Below, piece by piece: positions 1-10,301 of a stretch of 64,000 nucleotides of DNA. Location: positions 11,234-75,233 of the forward strand of contig JBGAII010000003.1 of assembly GCA_044225625.1 (NCBI GenBank), read 5' to 3'. The translations under genes and the position numbers were made by a program. Each line of letters opens with the position of its first letter. The stretch's first letter is position 1. Under the pieces are notes generated by a model, which was not told where the DNA came from, made no database searches, and saw nothing but the letters and a program-made list of their open reading frames with translations. Source of the stretch: Rubrivivax sp. GTDB lineage: Bacteria > Pseudomonadota > Gammaproteobacteria > Burkholderiales > Burkholderiaceae_C.

Positions 1-2053
1 GCAGCATGCGGTTGCTGTTGAAGTTGCGCCGCTGCGCCGCCCCGTTGCTGAAGGTCTGCTGGCCGTAGAGCGCGGCGTTCAGGCCGTGGACCACGCCGCC
101 CACCAGTTGCGCCTCGACATTGCCCGGGTTCACCGTCAGGTAGCAGTCCAGCACGACGGCGACCCTGGTGACGCGGAACGAGGTGGCGCTGCTGCCCGAG
201 ACCTCGACCACCGTCGCGACGATGCTGTTGAAGGCCGACCCCACCGCGATGCCGCGCGCGCGGCCGCTGGGCAGCGTCGTGCCCCAGCCGGACAGTGTCG
301 CCGCGGCCTCGAGCACGGCCAGCCAGCGCGGATCGGTCAGCTTCGCGCGGCGGAACTGCAGCGGGTCCTGCTTGGCCGCCAGCGCCAGCTCGTCGACCAG
401 CGACTCGACGGCGAACAGGTTGATCGACGCGCCCACCGAGCGCCAGAAGCCGACGGGAATCGGCGACGGGTGGCTGACCCACTCCACCTTGCGGCTGCCG
501 AAGCTGTAGGGGATGTGGGCCGAACATTCGGTGGCCTGGCCGTCACCGGTGGCCGGCAGCGCGGCGCCGCGCTGGCCCATGATCGACGGCGACACGTTGC
601 GGTAGATCCAGGCCGTGACCTGACCGTTCGCGTCCAGCCCGGCCGAGGCCTTGACCAGCGCCATCGGCCGGTACTGGTCGCGACCGAAGTCTTCCTCGCG
701 CGGCCACACCAATTGCACCGGCCGCTGCACCGCCATGCCGACCTGCACCGCCTGCGCGATGAAGTCGAGCTCGGCCTTGCGTCCCAGACCGCCGCCGAGC
801 AGCGTGGTGTTCAGCCTGACCTGGTCCGCCCGCAGCCCGGTCATCGTCACGATCAGCGACAGGGCGCTGCGCGCCACCTGTGTCGGCGCCCAGACCTCGC
901 AGCGCACGCCCGGCTCGTAGTCGACGGTGCAGTTCAGCACCTCCATGCAGGCATGCGACAGATACGGCAAGGTGTAGCTGACATCCAGACGCTTGACGGT
1001 GTCGGCACGATCGAAGGCGGCCTGCGCGTCGGCGGTGCTCGACTCCACGGTGTACAGCGTGCCGGGCGGGTTCACGCCGCCGGCCACGTAGGGCGTGCCG
1101 GCCTTCGACAACACCTGCGCGTCGGCCAGGAACTGCGCGCTGTTCAGCGCGGACGCATTGGCAGGCGTCGTCCACCTGGCCGACACCGAACGCGCCATGC
1201 GCATCGCATCCCACGTCGTCGTGGCCACCACCGCCAGTGCATTGCGCGCCCCGGTCAGCTCGGTGCCGCGGCCGGTGCCGGCGATCACGCTCAACGGGAC
1301 CAGCGCCAGCGCACCGGATGGCGCGGCGGGCACGGCCGCCAGTGTCGAGCCGAAGCTCGGGCCGTGCCGTACCGCGGCGAACACCATGCCCGGCAGTCGC
1401 ACGTCGATGCCGTACCGGGCGCTGCCGTCCACCTTGGAGGGAATGTCCTGGCGCGCGAAGGTCCTGCCGATGACCTGCAGTGCGCTGTCGGGCACCAGCG
1501 CCGCGCCGGCCGGCGGCGTCAGCAACGCCGCGGCCGCCGCGACGTCGCCGTACGCGATCCGGCGGCCGCTGGACAGCTGCGTGATGACGCCGTTGCTGAC
1601 GGCGAAGTTCGAGCGGTTGCCGTCGCCGCTGAGGTTCATCGCCGCCTGCACCAGCATCTCGCGAGCGATCGCCGCGGCGTCGCGCAGTTTCCAGTAGTTG
1701 TTGCGCGTGACGCTGGAGCCGGCGGTGACGATGGCCGCGCCGATCGGCGCCGGCGTGGCCAGCGTCGCCTGCCCCTGCACCAGCGTGACGCGGTTGAAGT
1801 CGACCATCAGGTCCTCGGCCATCACCTGCGCCAGGCCCTGCAGCGAACCTTGTCCCATGTCGCTCGGGCCGACGGTGAGCGAGATGCTGTTGTCGGTGCC
1901 GACCGTGAGCCAGCTGTTCACCGGCTGCGGCGTGCCGGCAGCCAGGCTGGCGCACGGGGCCAGGCCGCCGCCCAGCGAGAAGCCCAGCGTCAGGCCGGCT
2001 CCGGCGGTGCTGCCCAGAAACTGCCGGCGGTCCATCGAGAGAGATGCGTCCAT
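1..2053 (-). CDS. Aldehyde oxidoreductase / isoquinoline 1-oxidoreductase-type molybdopterin-binding large subunit (IorB-like). N-terminal part only; the 3' end lies beyond the window start.
   Basis: Not in the ORF track because there is no stop codon inside the window. My minus-strand translation from an ATG near 2053 gives MDASLSMDRRQFLGSTAGAGLTLGFSLGG..., with a Tat-type RRxFL motif, and reads on with no stop. It sits about 20 nt downstream of the 2Fe-2S small-subunit gene and is preceded by an AAGGA RBS. The listed plus-strand ORF 86..2215 is its antisense frame. The start position is read by eye and may be off by 1-2 nt. Confidence 0.7.
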   Translation of the reverse strand, partial: MDASLSMDRRQFLGSTAGAGLTLGFSLGGGLAPCASLAAGTPQPVNSWLTVGTDNSISLTVGPSDMGQGSLQGLAQVMAEDLMVDFNRVTLVQGQATLATPAPIGAAIVTAGSSVTRNNYWKLRDAAAIAREMLVQAAMNLSGDGNRSNFAVSNGVITQLSSGRRIAYGDVAAAAALLTPPAGAALVPDSALQVIGRTFARQDIPSKVDGSARYGIDVRLPGMVFAAVRHGPSFGSTLAAVPAAPSGALALVPLSVIAGTGRGTELTGARNALAVVATTTWDAMRMARSVSARWTTPANASALNSAQFLADAQVLSKAGTPYVAGGVNPPGTLYTVESSTADAQAAFDRADTVKRLDVSYTLPYLSHACMEVLNCTVDYEPGVRCEVWAPTQVARSALSLIVTMTGLRADQVRLNTTLLGGGLGRKAELDFIAQAVQVGMAVQRPVQLVWPREEDFGRDQYRPMALVKASAGLDANGQVTAWIYRNVSPSIMGQRGAALPATGDGQATECSAHIPYSFGSRKVEWVSHPSPIPVGFWRSVGASINLFAVESLVDELALAAKQDPLQFRRAKLTDPRWLAVLEAAATLSGWGTTLPSGRARGIAVGSAFNSIVATVVEVSGSSATSFRVTRVAVVLDCYLTVNPGNVEAQLVGGVVHGLNAALYGQQTFSNGAAQRRNFNSNRML

Positions 2054-2073
2054 GGCGTCGTCCTTCCCCGTGC

Positions 2074-2514
2074 TCACAGGCCGGCCACCGCCTGCTTGAC
2101 ACGCTGGTACGTGCCGCAGACACACAGGTTCTTCACCTCCGACGCGATCTCCGCGCCGTGGTGGCCCGCCTTCATCGCGCAGGCGGTGGACATCAGCATG
2201 CCGCTCTGGCAGTAGCCGCACTGCGGCACCTGGTTCGCGATCCAGGCCTTCTGCGCGGGGTGGCTGCGGTCGGGCGACAGGCCCTCGATGGTGACGATCT
2301 GCTTGCCGGCGGCCGAGGACACGTCGAGCACGCAGGCGTGTTCCGGCTGCCCGTCCATCATCACCGTGCAGGCGCCGCAGACCTCGATGCCGCAGCCGTA
2401 CTTGGTGCCCGTGAGGTTCAGCACGTCGCGCAGCACCCACAGCAGCGGCATGTCGGCGCGGCTGACTTCGACGACATGGCTCTTTCCGTTGACGTTCAGG
2501 GTGTAGCTGGGCAT
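2074..2514 (-). CDS. (2Fe-2S)-binding small subunit of an aldehyde/isoquinoline oxidoreductase (IorA-like).
   Basis: Within ORF 2074..2658, the internal Met at residue 49 starts MPSYTLNVNGKSHVV. The protein has the CGxGxCGAC and QCGYCxxG 2Fe-2S motifs. An AGGA RBS lies upstream of the ATG at 2514. Confidence 0.85.
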   Translation of the reverse strand: MPSYTLNVNGKSHVVEVSRADMPLLWVLRDVLNLTGTKYGCGIEVCGACTVMMDGQPEHACVLDVSSAAGKQIVTIEGLSPDRSHPAQKAWIANQVPQCGYCQSGMLMSTACAMKAGHHGAEIASEVKNLCVCGTYQRVKQAVAGL

Positions 2515-2554
2515 GAAGGCTCCTGAGGGAAGTGGTGTCTCCTCATAATGTGCA

Positions 2555-2608
2555 GAACGCACATTTGAAGTGGTGACCACTTGTTGCCGTCGGCAACGGC
2601 AGCGGACA
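2555..2608. promoter_or_regulatory. Three short inverted repeats in the iorAB upstream region: ATGTGC-N5-GCACAT, AAGTGGTGACCACTT and GTTGCCGTCGGCAAC.
   Basis: Palindromes read directly in the intergenic sequence between the iorA start (2514) and the divergent gene at 2847. Confidence 0.3.
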
Positions 2609-2846
2609 GGCCTGCACGGGGGAGCATTTCGCCCGGTCGCGCTTACAAACGGATGCACTTCAGCGGCATGACACCGCGGCCCGGCCCGTTAGCGTATGTG
2701 CATGCAGCCCATTTCCAACGAGGTCGCCGCCGGCGCGGTCGTTCGATGCCCCGGCCCGCCCGCCATGCACCGGCCCGCCGCGCAGCACCTCATCAGACCC
2801 GTGCCCAGGGTCGGCGCACCGACGCCGCGCTCGGTAGCATGAACGC

Positions 2847-3746
2847 ATGCCGCCCACGCCGATCGCGCCGCCCCCCGATCCCCTGCCGGGAGACGAACTG
2901 CTGCATGCCCTGGACCGGCTGCTCGGGCCGCTGGCACGGCTGGCGCTGGCACGCGGGCTCGGTGCAGCGCAGCTCGAGGAGGCACTGCGTTTGTCCCTGG
3001 TGCGGGCAGCCGACCAGCAGCATGCGGGGTTGCTGCCGCACCGGCGCGTCAGCCGCATCGCCACGGCGACGGGACTGCACCGCCGCGAGGTCGCGCGCCT
3101 GGTGCAGCGGCTGCGCGAAGGCGAGGTCCTGCCCGCCGCACCCAGGCGCTCCGCGGCCGCGGAACTGTTCGCCCGCTGGCGCACCGACCCGCGCTTCTGC
3201 GACCGCCGCGGCCGGCCGCGCGTGCTGCCGCGACAGCTCGGTTCGGCGGATCGGCCGAGCTTCGAGATGCTGGCCCAGTCGCTGACACGGGACGTGCATC
3301 CGCGCAGCCTGCTGGACGAGATGCTGCGGCTGGGCCTGGCCACGCTGGACGAAAAGCGCGACACCGTCCGGCTCGCCGCGGACGGCTTCGTCCCGCGCGG
3401 CGACGAAGACCGCATGCTGCAGTTTCTGGGCGCCAACGTGGGTGACCACCTGTCGGCCGCGGTCGACAACGTGCTGGGCGACGGCCGGCGGCATCTGGAG
3501 CAGGCCGTCTTTGCGGACGGGCTGAGCGCAACCTCGATCGAGGACGCACACGCCTTGATCACCCGGCAGTGGAAGCGACTGCACGACGAACTCGTGGCCG
3601 CATTGCGGCGCAAGGTGGCCGACGACCAGGGCCGGCCAGACGCACGCCACCGGCTCCGCGTCGGCCTGTACAGCTTCGAAGACGCGCCGCCGGCAGCGGA
3701 CGACAGGCCGGCGCCCAACCCCACCAGAACGAAGGCAGGACGATGA
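2847..3746 (+). CDS. Hypothetical protein, possibly a regulator, containing an HTH-like segment (ATATGLHRREVARLVQRL).
   Basis: A 299 aa ORF with normal amino-acid composition. The opposite-strand ORFs are Arg/Ser-rich junk. Its stop overlaps the next start as ATGA (3743-3746). Confidence 0.5.
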   Translation: MPPTPIAPPPDPLPGDELLHALDRLLGPLARLALARGLGAAQLEEALRLSLVRAADQQHAGLLPHRRVSRIATATGLHRREVARLVQRLREGEVLPAAPRRSAAAELFARWRTDPRFCDRRGRPRVLPRQLGSADRPSFEMLAQSLTRDVHPRSLLDEMLRLGLATLDEKRDTVRLAADGFVPRGDEDRMLQFLGANVGDHLSAAVDNVLGDGRRHLEQAVFADGLSATSIEDAHALITRQWKRLHDELVAALRRKVADDQGRPDARHRLRVGLYSFEDAPPAADDRPAPNPTRTKAGR

Positions 3747-4972
3747 CGCGCATCCGTTTCGACCGGCTCGGCGGATTCGCCGGCCTGCGCAGCGCCCTGC
3801 TCCGCATGCTGCTCGCCCTGACCCTGGCCGGCTGCGGCGGCGGTGCGGGTCTTGCGGGCGGCGACGGCGGCTCCGGCGGCGTGGGCAGCGGCGGCACCGG
3901 CACCTTCGCGGTCGGGCCGATCAGTGGCTATGGCTCGATCCTGGTCAACGGCATTCGCTACGACCTCGGCCAGCTGAGTGCAGCGCCGCGCGACGACGAC
4001 GACGGTGAACGTGCCGTCGCGACACTGCAGCTGGGCACGGTGGTTCGCGTCGAAGCCGGGCCGATCGACTTCGGTGCCAGCCCGCCGCGTGCGGTGGCCC
4101 GGACGGTGCGCGTCAGCAGCGAGGTGGTGGGCCCGGTCGAGTCCGTGGTCGACGACGCCGCCGGCCGCACGCTGCGCGTCGCAGGGCAGACCGTGCGCAT
4201 CCAGGCAGGCACCACCGTGCTCGATGAACGTCTGTCCGCCGGCGCACCGGCGCCCGGCGACTGGATCGAGGTCTACGGTGCCATCGACGGCGCGGTGTCA
4301 CCGGCACGCATCGTGGCCACGCGGATCGAGCCGCATGCGGCCGATGGCGCGCGGGTGCGCGGCACCGTCACCGACATCGGCACATCGGCCTTGCGCATCG
4401 GCAGCGGCGTCTACGGCTTCGGCGGCGGCACGCCGCCCGCGGGCGCGGCGATGGGCAGCCTGCTGCAGTTGCGCCTGCAAGGCAGCGCCGGCGAAGGCTG
4501 GCAGGTGGCCACCGTGGCCGATGCGCCGACGGCGCCGGCCGAGGCGGCGGCCGCCCATGTCGAGGGACGGGTGACGAGCATCGTTTCGTCCGACCGCTTC
4601 GTGGTCGATGACCTCGTCGTGGATGCCGGCGGTCTGTCGACCGCCGGGCTGACCCTCGGCCGCAGGGTCGTGGTGGAAGGCCCGATCCGCGCCGGTGTAC
4701 TGCACGCCGAGTCGCTGCAGTTCAAGAGCGACGACGACAGTCCCGGGCAGGCGGAGCCCTACGAGTTCCACGGCACCATCGCCACCGCCGACACGGTGGC
4801 TGCGACCTTCAGCCTGAGCGGCCGCAGTGAACTGTTCCGTCTGGGCCCCGGCACGCGCTATGAAGGCGGTGGTGCCGCCAGAGCGGTCGCGGGCGTACGA
4901 CTGGAGATGCGGGGCACGCTCAACGCCGACGGCCGCAGCGTCGACGTGGTCTTCGTCCACTTCGAGGACTAG
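3743..4972 (+). CDS. Lipoprotein with a Gly-rich linker and repeated beta-rich domains (DUF5666-like).
   Basis: Internal Met (MTRIRFDRLGG...) preceded by an AGGACG RBS. Lipobox LTLAGC. Shows the repeated V..V.G.V..V motif organisation. The listed ORF start at 3569 is an upstream GTG extension. Confidence 0.6.
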   Translation: MTRIRFDRLGGFAGLRSALLRMLLALTLAGCGGGAGLAGGDGGSGGVGSGGTGTFAVGPISGYGSILVNGIRYDLGQLSAAPRDDDDGERAVATLQLGTVVRVEAGPIDFGASPPRAVARTVRVSSEVVGPVESVVDDAAGRTLRVAGQTVRIQAGTTVLDERLSAGAPAPGDWIEVYGAIDGAVSPARIVATRIEPHAADGARVRGTVTDIGTSALRIGSGVYGFGGGTPPAGAAMGSLLQLRLQGSAGEGWQVATVADAPTAPAEAAAAHVEGRVTSIVSSDRFVVDDLVVDAGGLSTAGLTLGRRVVVEGPIRAGVLHAESLQFKSDDDSPGQAEPYEFHGTIATADTVAATFSLSGRSELFRLGPGTRYEGGGAARAVAGVRLEMRGTLNADGRSVDVVFVHFED

Positions 4973-4993
4973 GGCCGGCGGCCGCAGCGCGCT

Positions 4994-6199
<1,206 letters not shown>

Positions 6200-6286
6200 G
6201 CGGGCTCCTCTGCTGGTCTGAGAATCTGCGGCGGATGTTCCACGCGCCGCGCGGCATGCGCAAGCTCCTTGGCGACAGGGCTGTCC

Positions 6287-8017
6287 TCAGCGCGACAGCG
6301 CTGCGTCGGGCGCGCCGGGCAGGTCGCCGCGGCGAACGCCCTCTGCCAGCGCGGCACGCGTGATCTTTCCCGATTCGGTCTTCGGCAGCTCCGGCAACAG
6401 GTGGAAGGCCACCGGACACTTGTAGGCCGCGAGCCGCTCGCGGCAATGGCGCTGCAGTGCCTGCGGGTCGAAGTTCACGCCATCGCCAACCGACAGGAAT
6501 GCCAGCACGGTCTCGCCTCGATAGGCATCCGCCGCACCCACCACCGCCACCTCGCGCACGCCCGGATAGTCATACAGCACGTCCTCGACCTCGCGCGGCC
6601 AGACCTTGAAGCCCGATGCGCAGATCATGTCCTTCTTGCGGTCGACGAGATAGAACCATCCGGCCTCGTCGCGAAAGCCCACGTCGCCGGTATGCATCCA
6701 TCCGCCCGCCAGCGCCTCGGCGCTCTCCTGCGGCTTGCGCCAATACCCGGCCATCACGGCTGGCCCACGCACCAGCAGTTCGCCCGCCTGCCCCACAGGC
6801 AGAGGCAGGCCGTCGTCGCCGACGACGATGGCATCGACGCCCGAAACCGGCAGCCCGATCGACAGCGCACCCGATTGCGGATCCACCGGGATCGGACCCT
6901 CGGCCGGCGCCAGGTGGCTGGGCGCGCACAACTCGGTCATGCCGTAGGAGCTGCGAATCGATCGACCCATGCGCTGCTCGAACGCATTGACGACTGCGGG
7001 CGCGATCGGCGCGCCACCGGAGTACAGGTGGTGAAAGCTCTCGAAGTGGGCACGCGAGGCCTGCGGTCGGCTCATCAGCGCAATGAACGCGGTGATCGCA
7101 CCGATGATGAAGGTGGGCCGGTGTTCGATGAAGGCGTCCAGCGCGACGTCGGGCTGGAAGCGATAACCGAGGATCTGACTCGCGCCGGCGGCGAAGGCCG
7201 TCACCAGCTGCAGCTCGAAGCCGGTCACGTGGAACAGCGGCGCCAGGCCGAACAGCCGCGACGCGCCGTTCAAGCCGAAGTGGTCCACCGCGATGCGCGC
7301 ATTGAAGACGAGGCTGCGGTGCGTCAGCATGGCGCCCTTGGGCACGCCGGTGGTACCCGAGGTGTAGAGCAGCACGGCCACATCGTCGGCCCGCGGCGCT
7401 GCAGCGACGAAGGACGGATCGACCGGCCCCTGGAGCAGCGCCGAAAGGGAGTCGGCCACCGGCGGAACGGGTTCGGCCGGCGGTGGCAGGACACGTGCGT
7501 CGTCGCGCGACTGCCCCGCGCGCGGCGAACTCCAGAGCACACACGGCGGCGGGCTCAGGGGCGCCACCGCCTCGCGCACCGCGTCCCATTGATCGTCGTG
7601 GCAGAACACTGCCGACGGCGTGCAGTCGGCGAAGAGCCGCACCAGCTCCGGCCTGCGATACATCGGGTTCAGCACCACGGCGATCGCCGCCAGCTTCCAC
7701 GCCGCCAGCGTCGCCACCACGAAGGCCGGCGTGTTCTGCATCACGATGGCGACGCGATCACCGCGCCCAACGCCGCGCCCGCGAAGTGCTGCTGCCGTCA
7801 GGTCGCTGAGGCGGTCAAGCTCCCGATAGTCGATGCGGCGGTCGAAATACGTCAGCGCGGCGGCCTCATGCGGCACGGCTCGGAAGAGATCGAGCGCCGT
7901 GCACTCTTCGGGCAGCGGACGCTGCAACTGCACGCCGGGTACGGCCCGCCAGGGGCATTCGGTCGCCGCCGTCTCGCGCGCGTTCGCTACGGCAGAAGGC
8001 AGGATCGTGTCGCTCAT
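6287..8017 (-). CDS. AMP-dependent synthetase/ligase (acyl-CoA synthetase family).
   Basis: Internal Met MSDTILPSAV within ORF 6287..8623. Carries the AMP-binding motifs LLYTSGTTGVPKGAML, YGMTE and GWxHTGD. Its start overlaps the GntR stop as ATGA. Confidence 0.85.
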   Translation of the reverse strand: MSDTILPSAVANARETAATECPWRAVPGVQLQRPLPEECTALDLFRAVPHEAAALTYFDRRIDYRELDRLSDLTAAALRGRGVGRGDRVAIVMQNTPAFVVATLAAWKLAAIAVVLNPMYRRPELVRLFADCTPSAVFCHDDQWDAVREAVAPLSPPPCVLWSSPRAGQSRDDARVLPPPAEPVPPVADSLSALLQGPVDPSFVAAAPRADDVAVLLYTSGTTGVPKGAMLTHRSLVFNARIAVDHFGLNGASRLFGLAPLFHVTGFELQLVTAFAAGASQILGYRFQPDVALDAFIEHRPTFIIGAITAFIALMSRPQASRAHFESFHHLYSGGAPIAPAVVNAFEQRMGRSIRSSYGMTELCAPSHLAPAEGPIPVDPQSGALSIGLPVSGVDAIVVGDDGLPLPVGQAGELLVRGPAVMAGYWRKPQESAEALAGGWMHTGDVGFRDEAGWFYLVDRKKDMICASGFKVWPREVEDVLYDYPGVREVAVVGAADAYRGETVLAFLSVGDGVNFDPQALQRHCRERLAAYKCPVAFHLLPELPKTESGKITRAALAEGVRRGDLPGAPDAALSR

Positions 8018-8787
8018 AGACGCCCGGCATCGCTCAATGGGGGCAGCTTGTTCGCCGTGCTGCCCCAGCCCGCAGCCGGATCGGCAGCCATCTTCTCGAT
8101 CAGCAGCCGCGTGCGGCGGATGTGCAGGTGCACGATGCTGCGCGCACCCTCGGCGTCGCGGGCGCGCAGCATCGCCATCAGCATCAGGTGCTGCGGATCG
8201 GAGAACGGCAACCCATCCTTTGCCAGCGAGTCCTTGACGAACCAGCGCCGGAAGTGCTGCGTGTTGTTCCAGAAGCGCTCCACCATGCGGCGCAGTTGCG
8301 GCAATGGTGCGCGCGAGTAGGTCTTCAGGTGGAACTGCCGGTCCAGGCTGATGTATTCCTGGATGCTGTCGCAGCTCTCCAGACGCTGCACCATCTCGTC
8401 CAGCGCAGCGATGTCTTCGTCGCTCAGATGCGGCACGCTTTCGGCAATGGCCAGAGGCTCCAGCACCTCGCGGATCTTGTAGACCTCGATCGACTCCTGC
8501 GACGTCACGTCGGCAATCCATGCGCCGCGGTTCGGTGCCAGCACCACCAGTCCCTCGGTCTGCAGCTGGCGAAGCGCCTCGCGCACCGGAATGCGGCTGG
8601 CACCGAACTTTGCCGCGAGCCACTCCTGGCCCACCCGCATGCCGGGCAGCATCTCGCCGTCGATCACCGCGCGCCGGATCTCGTCCGCGACGCGCATGCT
8701 CAGCAGGTGAACCTCGTCGTCGGCCGCGACCGGCGCGGCGCTGTTCTTCGGTGGTGGCGTGGTATTCGGCATGGCGCGTCGGTACAT
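8014..8787 (-). CDS. GntR family transcriptional regulator (FadR/FCD subfamily).
   Basis: N-terminal wHTH (EMLPGMRVGQEWLAAKFGASRIPVREALRQLQTEGLV) followed by an FCD-type C-terminal domain. The start is MYRRAMPNTT (8787), or alternatively MPNTT (8772). Confidence 0.85.
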   Translation of the reverse strand: MYRRAMPNTTPPPKNSAAPVAADDEVHLLSMRVADEIRRAVIDGEMLPGMRVGQEWLAAKFGASRIPVREALRQLQTEGLVVLAPNRGAWIADVTSQESIEVYKIREVLEPLAIAESVPHLSDEDIAALDEMVQRLESCDSIQEYISLDRQFHLKTYSRAPLPQLRRMVERFWNNTQHFRRWFVKDSLAKDGLPFSDPQHLMLMAMLRARDAEGARSIVHLHIRRTRLLIEKMAADPAAGWGSTANKLPPLSDAGRL

Positions 8788-8789
8788 CG

Positions 8790-10301
8790 TCAGTGGATGG
8801 CGGCGTACATGATCTTCTCCTGCGTGGCGTCCGCCGCCGACATCTCTTCGACGATACGCCCGCCGCGTGCCACCAGCACCCGGTCGGCGATGGCCAGGAT
8901 CTCCGGCAGGTACGAGGAGATGACCATCACCGCCTTGCCCTGCGCCGCCAGCTCGCGGATGGCCTTGTGGATCTGCGGAATCGCGCTGACGTCGACACCA
9001 CGCGTCGGCTCGTCGAAGATCACCACCGACGGCTCCTGCGCCAGCGACTTGGCCACCACCACCTTCTGCTGGTTGCCGCCGGAGTATTCGATGATGCGCA
9101 GGCTGCGCTTCAGGGCCGAGATCGACAGCGCCTCGATCCAGCGGTCGGCGATGCGCTTCATCTCGCGCCGCGAGTACCACCAGCGCCGCACGCGCGGCGA
9201 TGCCAGGTAGCCGAGGTAGATGTTCTCGTCCACCGTCATGGTCTCGAAGAAGCCATCGACCTTGCGGTCCTCGGTGATATAGGCGATGCCGTCGCGCACT
9301 GCCTGGCGCGGCACGCGGTAGCGCACGGGCTTGCCGCGCAGGTAGATCATTCCGCCGCGCAGGAAGTTGCGCTTGCGCGCGCCGCAGACCACCTGCGCCG
9401 CCTCGCTGCGGCCGGCGCCCACCAAGCCGAACACACCCACCACTTCGCCGGCGAAGAGCGAGAACGACATGTTCTTGACGATGCTGCCCATCGTCACGTT
9501 CTCCACCGACAGCAGCTTCTCGCCGCGGCGCTGCGCCTCGCCCCCGACGGTCCGCTGCGGCGCGTACTCCACCTCGCGGCCGATCATCATGCGCACCAGG
9601 TCGTCGCGCGAGACCTCGCGTGAGGCCACCGTCCCGATGCGCCGGCCGTCGCGCAGCACGGTGATGCGGTCGGCCAGCTCCAGCGCCTCTTCCAGCGCAT
9701 GCGAGATGAAGATGATGCCGGCCCCGGCTTCGCGCAGCGTGTTCATCAGGTGGAACAGGTGCTGGGTCTCTTCCGGCGTCAGCGAAGCCGTCGGTTCGTC
9801 GAAGATGAAGATGCGCGCGTTCTGACGCACCGCGCGCACGATCTCCACCATCTGCCGTTTGGCGGTGCCAAGATTCTCCACCAGCGTCAATGCGTCGACG
9901 TTGAAGTTCAGCGACTGCAGCGACTGCGTGGCCGCGATGTTGATCTTGCTGAAGCGAGTGATGAAGCTCTCGTTGCCCAGCTCGAGGTTCTGCGCCACCG
10001 TCATCGACGGCACCAGACTGGACTCCTGATAGACCATCGCCACGCCGCCGCGCAGCGCCTCTCGCGGCGACGCGAAGGAGACCTCGCGGCCGTCGATCAG
10101 GTACTGGCCGTCACTGAGCCTGATCGCACCCGCGATGGCCTTGCTCAGCGTGGACTTGCCTGCACCGTTCTCGCCCAGCAGCGCATGAATCTCACCTGCG
10201 CGCAGGTCGAAGTCGACCTTCTCGATCGCGTGCAGGCCGCCATAGACCTTGCTTCCCTGAACGATCTGCAGCAGCGGCCGCTGCGCCTCTGCGGTGCTCA
10301 T
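8790..10301 (-). CDS. Sugar-type ABC transporter ATP-binding protein with duplicated ATPase domains (RbsA/MglA/XylG-like).
   Basis: Starts MSTAEAQRPLLQIVQGS and has a GGGGAGGGA RBS. Two Walker A sites (GENGAGKST and GLVGAGRS) and an LSGGNQQK signature. Start overlaps the upstream stop as ATGA. Confidence 0.9.
   Translation of the reverse strand: MSTAEAQRPLLQIVQGSKVYGGLHAIEKVDFDLRAGEIHALLGENGAGKSTLSKAIAGAIRLSDGQYLIDGREVSFASPREALRGGVAMVYQESSLVPSMTVAQNLELGNESFITRFSKINIAATQSLQSLNFNVDALTLVENLGTAKRQMVEIVRAVRQNARIFIFDEPTASLTPEETQHLFHLMNTLREAGAGIIFISHALEEALELADRITVLRDGRRIGTVASREVSRDDLVRMMIGREVEYAPQRTVGGEAQRRGEKLLSVENVTMGSIVKNMSFSLFAGEVVGVFGLVGAGRSEAAQVVCGARKRNFLRGGMIYLRGKPVRYRVPRQAVRDGIAYITEDRKVDGFFETMTVDENIYLGYLASPRVRRWWYSRREMKRIADRWIEALSISALKRSLRIIEYSGGNQQKVVVAKSLAQEPSVVIFDEPTRGVDVSAIPQIHKAIRELAAQGKAVMVISSYLPEILAIADRVLVARGGRIVEEMSAADATQEKIMYAAIH

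Noticed and set aside
86-2215. A 709 aa plus-strand ORF, and a 526 aa minus-strand ORF (543..2123).
   Set aside because: Both are extremely Arg/Ala/Gly-rich, which is typical of wrong-frame translation of high-GC DNA. They overlap the well-supported minus-strand iorB-like reading frame, which has a Tat signal and lies directly after iorA.
2660-3724. Minus-strand ORFs of 354, 285 and 166 aa.
   Set aside because: Ser/Arg-rich antisense frames of the 2847..3746 gene, with no RBS and no coherent domain.
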